Positions 33,469 to 43,092 of a DNA stretch of 43,171 nucleotides are shown one piece after another (the first letter of the stretch is position 1; the number at the start of each line of letters is the position of its first letter). Source of the stretch: a virus; UHGV virus genome UHGV-1379488; one strand, written 5' to 3'. The notes under the pieces were generated by a model. The model searched no databases. It saw only the letters and a program-made list of their open reading frames with translations, and was not told the origin of the DNA. Made by a program: the position numbers and the translations under genes.

Positions 33469-34022
33469 GTGCAGCGTGGTCCCTCCCATATTCTCTCTCT
33501 GTTAATGGGGTAAATTATGAAATTCGTGAGGACTTCCGGGCAATATTAGATATTTTATCAGCCTTTGCGGATGAAGAATTGTCTGACCCAGAGAAAACAC
33601 AAGCAATGCTTGAAATTCTTTACTGGCCCGTTATCCCGCCTCCGCAGGATTTAACAGAAGCGGCAGAAAAAGCATTATGGTTTATCGACTGTGGTGTGGT
33701 GCATGAAGATACTCCATCACCGCGCGTAATTGACTGGGAACAGGACGCAGGAATTATTTTCCCGGCGGTTAACAGGATTGCAGGGTTTGAAACACGCGGA
33801 TGCCAGATAATCCATTGGTGGACTTTCTACGGATGGTTCATGGAAATTGGGGACGGATTGTTTTCTCAGGTCCTTTCTATCCGGCAGAAACTGTCAAAAG
33901 GGAAGCGCTTAGAAAAGTGGGAGCAGGAGTTTTTACAGAACAATAAAAAGCTATGTGAACTTGAAAAATCCACTGACAAATCTAAAGAAGAATTTGATTA
34001 TTTTGCAGAGTTGCTAAAGTGA
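33465..34022 (+). CDS. tail assembly chaperone-like protein (Gp15 family)
   Basis: IDWEQDAGIIFPAVN region. Position directly before the tape measure. Confidence 0.5.
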   Translation: MSAAWSLPYSLSVNGVNYEIREDFRAILDILSAFADEELSDPEKTQAMLEILYWPVIPPPQDLTEAAEKALWFIDCGVVHEDTPSPRVIDWEQDAGIIFPAVNRIAGFETRGCQIIHWWTFYGWFMEIGDGLFSQVLSIRQKLSKGKRLEKWEQEFLQNNKKLCELEKSTDKSKEEFDYFAELLK

Positions 34023-34023
34023 G

Positions 34024-36480
34024 GTGATATCTTTGCAACCTGATGGAACTGTATTAATAGATACTAAAATCAAAACGGATGGTGCAAAAACAGGAAGCGA
34101 AGATATCAAAAGAACGCTATCCGGCACAATGGATTATATAAAATTGCTACCTCAGGCTTTTAAGGATATTCCAGGCATTATGAAACATACATTTTCATCT
34201 GCTTCTAAATCCATACAAAGTCTTGCTCCAAGTGTACGCAATTTGCAAGATGAGGTGGACCAATATAAAGATGCATTGTATTACGCTGAAAAGGCTGGTT
34301 ATGGACTTGGCGATGCGCCATATGACAAGGCATTAGCAGGATTGCAGCGGGCTAAAAAAGCAATGCAGGATTACAAGAAAAAGTTGCTCGGTGTTGATAA
34401 TGAACAAAAGAAGGCAAGCAAAAGTGGAAGTAAGCTCAATAAATCATTAAAAGGTACTGAGAAAGCATCCCGTGGCGCACGAATTGGATTGGGCCGAATG
34501 CTTGCAACATCTATCTTATTTAGCACTGTATTCCGTGCCATTTCCGCAGTAACGGGCGGACTTAAAGAGGGAATGGATAATCTGGCCCAGTATTCTGATG
34601 ATACCAATAAAGCGTTATCCATATTGATGTCCAGTATGACCCAGCTTAAAAATTCTTTTGCTACAGCCTTTTCCCCATTGGTTGAGTACGCGGCCCCGGC
34701 CCTGGCACAGTTCATCAATTTGCTATCCCAGGCAGTCACCTGGACAGCGCAACTGCTGGCAGCATTAACCGGAAAGGATACATTTGTTAAAGCGGTTAAG
34801 GTACAGCAAGATTATGCTGATAGCCTGGACAAGACGAAGGATGAAACCAAAGATGCAGCCAAAGAAACAGAAAAAGCATTAGCGCCATTTGATAAGCTGA
34901 TACAGATTACAACTGGAAAGAAAAAAAGCGAAGATAAGAACGAGCTTAAACCAGAGGATATGTTTACCACGGAAGAAGTATCCAATGATATTAAGCTACA
35001 GGCAGAGGCTATAAAGAATACGCTTGGGAAACTGTTCGACCCGCTTAAAGAATCATGGCTTGAAAATGGCCCACAGGTAATGAGTTCGTTGCAAAATACA
35101 TTTTCTGCTATTAAACAGCTTGCAAGTGATGTAGGCTCATCGTTTATGCAGGTGTGGAATGTAGAAGGATATGGGAAAGCAATCACGGATGATTTACTAA
35201 TTACTTTTGCAAATCTGGTTGATACAGTTGGTAATCTAGTTACAAACTTTGATAAGGCGTGGGTATCTGGAGATACTGGAACAAACATTTTAAGGCATCT
35301 TGGGGATATTATTCTTGAGATAACAGGATTTTTCCGTCAGGCATCAGAAAGTTTAAAAGAATGGTCTGCGGATTTGGATTTTTCACCTTTATTGGAAAGC
35401 TTTGACAGAATTTTAATTTCTGTAAAACCTATTGTATCAGATGTTGGAAACTTGCTATTGTGGTTTCTTAACGATGTACTACTTCCAATTGCAAAATGGG
35501 GAGTAGAGCAAGCGTTGCCAACCGTATTTGATTTAATTGCAGCAGCCCTGAAAGCAATACATAGTGTGATTGATGCACTGAAGCCATTGGGAATATGGTT
35601 ATGGGAAGAATTTTTACAGCCATTAGGAGAGTGGACCGGAGCAGTTATCATAGCTGCATTAGAAAAAGTTGTTGAATGGTTGACTAAATTTTCGGATTGG
35701 GTAAGTCAAAACCAGACATTGGTGGAAAATATTACACTTGCAGTGCTGGCATTTTTTGCAGCGTGGAAGTTTTCAGAATTTGTATTGGGAATAGGACAAT
35801 TAATAAGCAATCTTGGAGGATTTTTAGCAATTGGAGAACGTGTTATTTCACTTTTAGCAAGAACTGTATCAAATATAAATCCACTTGTCCTTGCTATATC
35901 AGGCATAATATCGCTGATTGCTGTATTGGCCAAAAACTGGAACAACATGTCCCCAACAGAAAAAGTCATAGCAAGTATACTGGCAGCGGCTTCAGCAGTA
36001 GGAATCTTGGCGGTTGCTTTGGGCGCTTTGGCTGGTGGTGTAGGCGCTGGTGTTGTAGCTGCTTCATTAGCTGCTGGAATAGCTGCTGCTACAATAGCAA
36101 TTAATGCTGGTAAGCGTGCTGCATCTGCCGGATATTCTGGTGGGTATGGAGGAAGAAGTGCCTATCCCATGTCTGCCTATGCAGCAGTCCCATATAAAAT
36201 GCCAATGCTTGCAACCGGAACAGTAGTACCACCACGGGCTGGAATGTTTGCTGCTATCTTGGGAGATAACAACCGTGAAACAGAAGTGGTATCCCCTTTG
36301 TCAACTATGAAGCAAGCTCTCAAAGAAGCTTTGGCAGAGAGCAATAAATCTAGCAGAAACCAGATTGCTAAAGCAGATCTAATACTTGATGGTACAAGAT
36401 TTGGTCAGCTTGTAGTCAAATTCGGAAACAACGAAAAGAATCGTGTAGGTGTAAGAATGGTAACGGAAGGAAGCGTATAA
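34024..36480 (+). CDS. tail tape measure protein
   Basis: 818 aa. Coiled-coil N-half, multiple hydrophobic/TM segments. Gly/Ala-rich region AAASAVGILAVALGALAGGVGAGVVAASLAAGIAAA. Confidence 0.85.
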   Translation: MISLQPDGTVLIDTKIKTDGAKTGSEDIKRTLSGTMDYIKLLPQAFKDIPGIMKHTFSSASKSIQSLAPSVRNLQDEVDQYKDALYYAEKAGYGLGDAPYDKALAGLQRAKKAMQDYKKKLLGVDNEQKKASKSGSKLNKSLKGTEKASRGARIGLGRMLATSILFSTVFRAISAVTGGLKEGMDNLAQYSDDTNKALSILMSSMTQLKNSFATAFSPLVEYAAPALAQFINLLSQAVTWTAQLLAALTGKDTFVKAVKVQQDYADSLDKTKDETKDAAKETEKALAPFDKLIQITTGKKKSEDKNELKPEDMFTTEEVSNDIKLQAEAIKNTLGKLFDPLKESWLENGPQVMSSLQNTFSAIKQLASDVGSSFMQVWNVEGYGKAITDDLLITFANLVDTVGNLVTNFDKAWVSGDTGTNILRHLGDIILEITGFFRQASESLKEWSADLDFSPLLESFDRILISVKPIVSDVGNLLLWFLNDVLLPIAKWGVEQALPTVFDLIAAALKAIHSVIDALKPLGIWLWEEFLQPLGEWTGAVIIAALEKVVEWLTKFSDWVSQNQTLVENITLAVLAFFAAWKFSEFVLGIGQLISNLGGFLAIGERVISLLARTVSNINPLVLAISGIISLIAVLAKNWNNMSPTEKVIASILAAASAVGILAVALGALAGGVGAGVVAASLAAGIAAATIAINAGKRAASAGYSGGYGGRSAYPMSAYAAVPYKMPMLATGTVVPPRAGMFAAILGDNNRETEVVSPLSTMKQALKEALAESNKSSRNQIAKADLILDGTRFGQLVVKFGNNEKNRVGVRMVTEGSV

Positions 36481-36890
36481 TGGCTCAGAATGTGAACGGA
36501 ATATTTACCATAGACGGAGTTAATCTCCGCCTATGGGTAAAATCCTTAAAACGGAATTTCTCAGTCGCAGATAGTGAAAATTCTGGACGTTTGCAGTCTT
36601 ACCGGATGCACCGGGATATCATTGGTACATTTTATAATTATACGCTTGATATTGATGCGGAAAGAAGTAATCCGGCTGACTATGATACGTTTTATGAAAT
36701 CATATCTGCTCCGGTTGAGTCTCACGATATGGTATTTCCTTATGGACAGGAAACCAAAGAGTTTGAGGCATACATAACAAGCGGGGATGATGAAATAAAA
36801 ATCAACAAGAATGGAAAAGAAGGGCAGCGTAACCATTGGACCGGGTTATCTATTACCTTTACCGCTATGGAGCCGCAGAGGAGGCCGTGA
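36480..36890 (+). CDS. tail component (distal tail region)
   Basis: ATG overlapping the tape-measure stop. Confidence 0.45.
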   Translation: MAQNVNGIFTIDGVNLRLWVKSLKRNFSVADSENSGRLQSYRMHRDIIGTFYNYTLDIDAERSNPADYDTFYEIISAPVESHDMVFPYGQETKEFEAYITSGDDEIKINKNGKEGQRNHWTGLSITFTAMEPQRRP

Positions 36891-36891
36891 T

Positions 36892-38685
36892 GTGTTTTTA
36901 AAGCAATCCATATTATCTGACGCAGAACAAAATACTGAGGGATTAAAGATTGTTTATGACGACTTGGCCCCTTATGCCAAAGAAAATAGTACAGCATCCA
37001 TTACAAGGCCTGGATTAAGACCGAGAATAGGGCTTCATCCAGGCCCTGGTTTACATCCGCATGGGACAATAATAGAGCAGGAATTTCCAGAATTAAAGCG
37101 AGATGATATTTCTTATCCCGGATATGCTCTATGCTTTCCACGGTTTTCTCTGTTGAATGGAAAGTATATCAATTTTCCAGATAATCCACTCCCGTACGGA
37201 TATATAAGCCCAGAAGTATCAAATGAACAAGGATTGTTCGGATATGTTAAGCAAATACAAGGACTTAAGCCCCAAATAGGTTTGCATCCAGGAATGTTTT
37301 TATATCCTAAATCAACAACTGAAAAGATAATTGAATCCCCCATGCTTACAGTAACCTTTAATCAAAAATTCACCAGTGTAGGATTGCTCTTTACTTTTAA
37401 TATGATGTCTGGAGATTATTGTACACGAATGAGAGTAAAGTGGTACGCGGATAATAACCTCTTGTCAGATATGGAGTTTTCCCCGGATTCAGTTAGATAT
37501 TTTTGTAATAATTATGTGAGAGGATATAACAAACTGGAAATCACGTTTTTGCAGACATCAAAACCCATAAGGCCAGTATTTGTTACCAGAATAGATTATG
37601 GTATATACCGTGATTTTCTAGATAACGAATTATTGGAAAAAAACTGTTTGCAAGAAATCAATGCAATATCAGAAAGCATAAGTATTAACACATTAAATTT
37701 CACGGTCAGGACAACATCCAATATACCGTTTGATTTACAGAAAAAGCAGAAACTTACTTTATATTTCAACGGTGAGCTTATAGGAAATTTTTATCTTAAA
37801 AACGGTGCCAGGAAAAACAAAACGGATTACCATATGGACGCGCATGATGCAGTGGGCGTATTGGATGGCAATGAATTCGCTGGAGGAATATATACAGGCC
37901 AGCCGGTTTCTGAAGTATTAGAGAAAATATTTGAGAATGAAGATTTTAATTATTTGTTGGATGAATCATTTTCAGATATTCCTCTTTATGGATACATACC
38001 ATATACCACAAAAAGAAACGCATTAGTATACATATGCTTTGCTATTGGAGCTATTGCAGATACAAGCAATTACGATGGAATTGTTATCTATCCGCAAGAA
38101 AATGCTTTGAGTGGTGAATTTTTGAATGATGAAGTATTTTCTGGGGTTACATTGGAGCATTCTGATATTGTCACTGGAATCCGGCTAACAGTTCATACAT
38201 ATCAAAAATCGGATGAGGCACAAGAACTATATAATGATACTTTGAATGGAACAGCAGAGGTTATTTTTAGTGAGCCTTATCATAGCCTGGAGATAACTGG
38301 CGGAACCATTGGTCAGTTTGGTGATAACTATGCTTACATAACCGGAACCGGTGCAAATGTAATACTAACCGGAAAGAAATACAACCATCTTACCACATCA
38401 ATACTTAAAGAGAATCCCGATATTGTGTTTAACAAAAATATTCGCGAAGTAACAGATGCAACGTTGGTACACAATGGTAATGCTCAGCAAGTGCTTGAAC
38501 GTGTATATGCATATTATCAGCGAGCAGAAAATGTTGTGGGAGATGTACTTATTGGAAACAAAAAATTGGGACAGAAAGTTAAGATTGATACAGATTACGA
38601 TGGATACCGCACCGGTATCATTGAGAGCTACAATTATAGCTTTTCTCCAAACGAAATTAAGGCAGAGGTAAAAATACATGAGTAA
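36892..38685 (+). CDS. large tail/baseplate protein
   Basis: GTG 7 nt after GGAGG, about 598 aa. Repeated PGLRPRIGLHPGPGLHP / PQIGLHPG motifs near the N-terminus. Confidence 0.5.
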   Translation: MFLKQSILSDAEQNTEGLKIVYDDLAPYAKENSTASITRPGLRPRIGLHPGPGLHPHGTIIEQEFPELKRDDISYPGYALCFPRFSLLNGKYINFPDNPLPYGYISPEVSNEQGLFGYVKQIQGLKPQIGLHPGMFLYPKSTTEKIIESPMLTVTFNQKFTSVGLLFTFNMMSGDYCTRMRVKWYADNNLLSDMEFSPDSVRYFCNNYVRGYNKLEITFLQTSKPIRPVFVTRIDYGIYRDFLDNELLEKNCLQEINAISESISINTLNFTVRTTSNIPFDLQKKQKLTLYFNGELIGNFYLKNGARKNKTDYHMDAHDAVGVLDGNEFAGGIYTGQPVSEVLEKIFENEDFNYLLDESFSDIPLYGYIPYTTKRNALVYICFAIGAIADTSNYDGIVIYPQENALSGEFLNDEVFSGVTLEHSDIVTGIRLTVHTYQKSDEAQELYNDTLNGTAEVIFSEPYHSLEITGGTIGQFGDNYAYITGTGANVILTGKKYNHLTTSILKENPDIVFNKNIREVTDATLVHNGNAQQVLERVYAYYQRAENVVGDVLIGNKKLGQKVKIDTDYDGYRTGIIESYNYSFSPNEIKAEVKIHE

Positions 38686-39118
38686 GTATTTAGAATCCCT
38701 TATTTTTGACCGTACACAGACAGACATAATAGAATTGACCGACAAAGCCTACATTGATTATAAAGACCTCAACCGAATCGAACAGGCGATTAAATGGGTA
38801 TCTTACGTTCTCAACCAGTATGGATATAGAAATATAACAAACAACAAGCTAAATTGGAAACCTGAGGACCATAGGACAGATAAAGAAATGGAACGTCTAA
38901 GAAAAAATATAGTTTCAATAAGAAATGCGTACTATACAGGCGATAGCACTCCCCTTACCCCAGATAAGATAACATACACATCAATTTATCAGGCCAATGC
39001 AATAGAAAAAATCATTTATGATTTAGGTAATTTGATTGAAAAGTCATATCCGGGTCCACAATATTTGTCGTTTAAATTGGGAACCAAAGTTATAGGAAAT
39101 AGAGGTATTAAGCTATGA
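38678..39118 (+). CDS. baseplate/tail fiber-associated protein
   Basis: GAGGT RBS. Confidence 0.4.
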   Translation: MSKYLESLIFDRTQTDIIELTDKAYIDYKDLNRIEQAIKWVSYVLNQYGYRNITNNKLNWKPEDHRTDKEMERLRKNIVSIRNAYYTGDSTPLTPDKITYTSIYQANAIEKIIYDLGNLIEKSYPGPQYLSFKLGTKVIGNRGIKL

Positions 39119-39591
39119 ATTTAAAAACAAATTTTAAAAATGACAAATTTTCTGGGTTACGAAAATATAAGATGACCACAGATGCGTCAACCGGCCTAAC
39201 AACGCTTGAAGATAAAACAGAGTATCAGGAAATAGGAGACATTTTTTCGGCTGCTGATATTAACGAAACCAATAAGGCTGTATTACAAAACAACTCAGAA
39301 ATCGAAGATATCAAAGGTATAAAAAGAATTATGGTTCCTTCTGCAAATTGGAGTACATCTGTCCCGTATTCGCAAACGGTTGGTGTACCGGGAGCAAAGA
39401 AGGACACGGGGCTTATTATTGGTGGTCCATATTTGGGCGACAACCCAACTGCCAGTGTAGCCAGAGAGAGAAAAAAGGCTTTTGGATATGTTGATAGAGC
39501 CGAAAGTGGAAATGGAGTTGTTACATTATATTGTTATGGTTCCAAACCATCCTCCGATTTCCAGATTCTTGTGAAAGGAGCAGGTAATTAA
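39115..39591 (+). CDS. tail protein
   Basis: ORF in the tail cluster. Confidence 0.4.
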   Translation: MNLKTNFKNDKFSGLRKYKMTTDASTGLTTLEDKTEYQEIGDIFSAADINETNKAVLQNNSEIEDIKGIKRIMVPSANWSTSVPYSQTVGVPGAKKDTGLIIGGPYLGDNPTASVARERKKAFGYVDRAESGNGVVTLYCYGSKPSSDFQILVKGAGN

Positions 39592-39995
39592 TGGCGGACT
39601 GCATACTCTATAATGGTGGTATGTTTAATAATGATTATCTCACTGCAAAACCAGAAGATGTCAAATATGGACAGACTTTTATTGGTGCAGGAACAGAAAA
39701 TGCGCAAGAAGGAACTATGCCTACTTATTATAATGTAGAACATGATTTCCCCATTAACGGAAAGTTTTCTATTCCGGAAGGGTACTTTGTTTCAATAACA
39801 TTAAAACAGGACATTCCAACATTGGGAGCACAATACGTTGACCCTACCATTAATGGAACAACCGCCGGGGTCAAAGGAACCTATATGACTGGAAATACCT
39901 TTATAGGTGGCATATCGGGAATTTCAAGCGCTGTAATAAAAAAGGGAGTAAAAATAGGTCCATATATTGGGACATTTGAGGGATGGGTTGATTAA
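39591..39995 (+). CDS. tail fiber paralog (short form; N-terminal domain only)
   Basis: Aligns over its whole length with the N-terminal 140 aa of the next gene (M.DCI, GTMP, IPTLG.QYV.P, G.TivGTyEG). Confidence 0.5.
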   Translation: MADCILYNGGMFNNDYLTAKPEDVKYGQTFIGAGTENAQEGTMPTYYNVEHDFPINGKFSIPEGYFVSITLKQDIPTLGAQYVDPTINGTTAGVKGTYMTGNTFIGGISGISSAVIKKGVKIGPYIGTFEGWVD

Positions 39996-39996
39996 A

Positions 39997-40935
39997 ATGA
40001 CTGATTGCATAATAAAAAAAAATGGAGCTAATGCAGATACAAGTGATTTAACTTCTCTTCCATCAAGCGTAAAAAAAGGAAAAATATTCTTAGGCCGTGG
40101 AAGTGATGATGAACAAGTCGGAACAATGCCAATTATACAACCTGAAAAGCATGAACTACAATTAAATCAGACTCTGTCTTTGGGAGAAGGATTTTATGAA
40201 GCGGGTAGCACAGTAACACAGAATATACCTACATTAGGTAATCAGTATGTTGTTCCGAGCGCAGATTTACAAACAGTAGAAACAACTGGTAAATATATGT
40301 CAGGCGATGTTTTTGTCGAAAGCTTACCTAATCTTATTGCATCAAATATAAAAAGGAATGTAGTTATTAGGGTAGGAGATACAACTATCGTAGGAACTTA
40401 CGAAGGATATGAAAATAACGACCCGTATACACCATATTATAATGGTGTGTTTGCACCAGGACAATCAATAAGCTCGTTTCCCTCATTTGGTCGGCCTGCG
40501 GGTCTGCCATACTACAAGGGGGACGTGACATTTGGGCGAGATAACATCCATATCGAAAACCCTCTTAGCACAGATTATGTAACAACGGCAATTGTATTTA
40601 ATGTTCCACTTAACTTTGATAATATCAACCGAATAACATTGAAATATTCTCTTGCCAACGCATCTGGTGGGTGTGAAATGATTCTTGCCACAGGATATGT
40701 TAGTGATTACATATATATGCGAGCGTCCAGCGGTTCTGGAAAAGATTACAATACTGGACTGGGAGATTATTGGAGGAGAGAAATACCAAATACATCGGGC
40801 AATTTAAAAACGAATAGTTTTGATGTATCCAATATTACCGGAACACGATTTATATATATATCGCTATTTATGCGGACCACAGCAAGTACATCAGTTGTCA
40901 ATATGACATTAAGGGAATTAAAATGCAGCATATAG
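39997..40935 (+). CDS. tail fiber / receptor-binding protein (long form)
   Basis: Shares the N-terminal domain with 39591-39995; unique C-terminal ~170 aa. Confidence 0.5.
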   Translation: MTDCIIKKNGANADTSDLTSLPSSVKKGKIFLGRGSDDEQVGTMPIIQPEKHELQLNQTLSLGEGFYEAGSTVTQNIPTLGNQYVVPSADLQTVETTGKYMSGDVFVESLPNLIASNIKRNVVIRVGDTTIVGTYEGYENNDPYTPYYNGVFAPGQSISSFPSFGRPAGLPYYKGDVTFGRDNIHIENPLSTDYVTTAIVFNVPLNFDNINRITLKYSLANASGGCEMILATGYVSDYIYMRASSGSGKDYNTGLGDYWRREIPNTSGNLKTNSFDVSNITGTRFIYISLFMRTTASTSVVNMTLRELKCSI

Positions 40936-40944
40936 GAGGAGAGC

Positions 40945-41457
40945 ATGGCAATAAATGATTTAGAAAAAATGAACAACTATAATCCAACTAATTATGTAAA
41001 TAATTCAGAACCGGATATTGATGCTGACAATCTTAATAAAACAGAAAATAAACTGGCTGAAACAGTCGAAAAAGCTAATCAGATAATTGATGCACTGAAA
41101 ACATTGATTTCAACTGTGCAAACAAATTCGGAAACCACAGTTCCATCATCCTCGCTGGCTTATTCGATGCAGCAAGAAATCACAAAAAATAAGGAAGATA
41201 TTGCTACTGCAAATAGCAATTTAGCGAATCTGATAAATAACAAAGGCGAGGTAAATGGGTTATCATATGACGCTGCCAATCGGGTATTAGGCATCTGGAA
41301 TGGCGATACTGTTGTTGGTAGGATTTATGATTTAAACACTAAGATTGGCACCAGTATCAAAAAAATTGCTTATGAATGGGATAATAACAATCCTAAGTTT
41401 GTAGTTACAGACGCTAATGGCGCTGTGTTTTATGTGTCACTTACGATGCGAAAATAA
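40945..41457 (+). CDS. tail fiber-associated protein with N-terminal coiled coil
   Basis: AGGAGGAG RBS. Confidence 0.45.
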   Translation: MAINDLEKMNNYNPTNYVNNSEPDIDADNLNKTENKLAETVEKANQIIDALKTLISTVQTNSETTVPSSSLAYSMQQEITKNKEDIATANSNLANLINNKGEVNGLSYDAANRVLGIWNGDTVVGRIYDLNTKIGTSIKKIAYEWDNNNPKFVVTDANGAVFYVSLTMRK

Positions 41458-41826
41458 TCATTTTGCAACAGCGACCCATGTAACATCTGGGGCAAAAGTC
41501 TCGGTATACGCATTTGCAATCCTTATTTTAAATCCGGTTGTTGTTACATCCCATACCATTAAGGCTAGATAGCCATAGTTCGCATTGGTTGTGCCAGAGT
41601 GAAGGGTTGCAATAACTTCAGGAATTTTAGAAAACTCTTTTTCAAATGTAATTGCGTATTCCGCAATACTGCTTCCCTTTGCACTAATACCAGTTTTTGT
41701 ACCGGTTTGGGTATTGCTACTAAGTTCCGCTAAATTGCTATTTGCTATATAAAAACCATATCCACGAAAGGAGTCAAATGAACCAATTAAAATTATCAAA
41801 CAACACAAAATACGACTTAATAACAA
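41458..41826 (-). CDS. H-type lectin domain protein with N-terminal signal/TM, reverse orientation within the tail module
   Basis: ITFEKEFSKIPEVIATLHSG...VWDVTTTGFKIRIANAY...DVTWVAVAK matches H_lectin architecture. Hydrophobic N-terminus LLSRILCCLIILIG. No plus-strand ORF covers the region. Confidence 0.5.
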   Translation of the reverse strand: MLLSRILCCLIILIGSFDSFRGYGFYIANSNLAELSSNTQTGTKTGISAKGSSIAEYAITFEKEFSKIPEVIATLHSGTTNANYGYLALMVWDVTTTGFKIRIANAYTETFAPDVTWVAVAK

Positions 41827-42191
41827 ACGGGATGGAAGAATCAGGCGATTACCTAACCCTGTCGTTTCTTCCCGGCCTAGACAGTTTTGAAACAGTAGAA
41901 GTAGAATTCAATGCGACAAACACAGAAAAAATTTACATACTTGGTTTGAATGGTCAGCCGATGGAAGTAAAAACAGGATTTACCCGGTTGGTGGAGATGC
42001 AAAAGAAAATGGATTATGCCATATCCTATGAAACAGTAAATACCGGAACCGAAGAAGCGCCGAATTATGAAACCAAGGAAGTGAAGGATACCGTTATGGT
42101 AGTTAAACTTCGTAGGCCAGATATCCGAGATACAGTGCAGACCTTGCAAGATACCTTAGATACAATGATTTTAAGTCAACTGGAGGTGTAA
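41778..42191 (+). CDS. hypothetical protein (XkdW-position)
   Basis: AAAGGAG RBS 6 nt before ATG. Confidence 0.45.
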   Translation: MNQLKLSNNTKYDLITNGMEESGDYLTLSFLPGLDSFETVEVEFNATNTEKIYILGLNGQPMEVKTGFTRLVEMQKKMDYAISYETVNTGTEEAPNYETKEVKDTVMVVKLRRPDIRDTVQTLQDTLDTMILSQLEV

Positions 42192-42192
42192 T

Positions 42193-42318
42193 ATGTATAC
42201 AACACTAAAAAGATTATATAACAATGGTAAAGGTCCATTAACTATTGATGAGCTTAACCGGGCTGTATTACTTGGATGGATTACAGAGCAACAGAAGAAC
42301 AGCATAATTGGAGGATGA
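42193..42318 (+). CDS. XkdX-family small protein
   Basis: 41 aa: MYTTLKRLYNNGKGPLTIDELNRAVLLGWITEQQKNSIIGG. GGAGGTG RBS. Sits directly before the lysin. Confidence 0.5.
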   Translation: MYTTLKRLYNNGKGPLTIDELNRAVLLGWITEQQKNSIIGG

Positions 42319-42320
42319 TT

Positions 42321-43061
42321 ATGAGAGATATCACATTGTGTCATCCACGCTTACAGCTTTTAGCAGGTCAGTTGGTGGATGAATGTAATAAACAGGGATT
42401 AAAAATTAAGATAGGAGAGACACTGCGGACTGTAGCAGAGCAAGATGCTTTATATGCCCAGGGCAGGACTAAACCGGGCAACATTGTAACTAATGCGCCT
42501 GGTAGTAGTTATAGCTCCTATCATCAGTGGGGAACAGCTTTTGATATATTTCGTAATGACGGCACTGGTGCTTATAATGAAATTGGTGGATTTTTTAACC
42601 GTGTAGGTGCTATCGGTGTATCTTTGGGACTTGAATGGGGTGGAAATTGGAAGTCTCCTGTAGACAAGCCACATTTCCAATTGCCTGATTGGGGAAGTAG
42701 CACATCTGGAATCAAAAAACTATATCGCACCCCGGATGAATTTATGAAAACCTGGGTGACAGAGGGACGCACTGGCTGGATTAAGGATAATAACGGCTGG
42801 TGGTACCGCAGACCGGATGGAACTTACCCGGCTAATAAGTGGTGTATCATAAATCACCATTGGTACTTGTTTAATAAAGATGGATATGCTTGCACCAGCT
42901 GGCACCGATGGAATGGTAGCGTATGTGACCCGGATAACGGTTCGGGCGATTGGTATTATTTTGACCCTACACCAGACAGTCCATTGGAGGGGGCGTGCTG
43001 GCATAGTCAAGATAATGGGGCGCAGAATGTCTGGTATATTGAGGATGCTAATTCAATATAA
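42321..43061 (+). CDS. endolysin: peptidase M15 (VanY-like) domain + C-terminal cell-wall-binding repeats
   Basis: Zinc-ligand pattern SYHQWGTAFD...H. Repeats GWWYRRPDGTY, NHHWYLFNKDGY, GDWYYFDP. GGAGG RBS 7 nt before ATG. Confidence 0.8.
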   Translation: MRDITLCHPRLQLLAGQLVDECNKQGLKIKIGETLRTVAEQDALYAQGRTKPGNIVTNAPGSSYSSYHQWGTAFDIFRNDGTGAYNEIGGFFNRVGAIGVSLGLEWGGNWKSPVDKPHFQLPDWGSSTSGIKKLYRTPDEFMKTWVTEGRTGWIKDNNGWWYRRPDGTYPANKWCIINHHWYLFNKDGYACTSWHRWNGSVCDPDNGSGDWYYFDPTPDSPLEGACWHSQDNGAQNVWYIEDANSI

Positions 43062-43064
43062 AAG

Positions 43065-43092
43065 CGCCAGAACTTGACTCTGACGCTTCTAT
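43065..43092 (+). terminator. weak terminator-like hairpin after the lysin
   Basis: AAGCGCCAGA...TCTGACGCTT imperfect stem, then TCTATAAATAAAG. Confidence 0.3.

Noticed and set aside
33440-33475. Programmed -1 frameshift between the two tail assembly chaperone ORFs
   Set aside because: The downstream ORF has its own ATG overlapping the stop (ATGA). No canonical slippery heptamer (XXXYYYZ) is visible at the end of 32998-33468.
34812-35288. 158-aa minus-strand ORF inside the tape measure gene
   Set aside because: Antisense to the 818-aa tape measure gene. Ser/Phe-rich low complexity typical of antisense frames.
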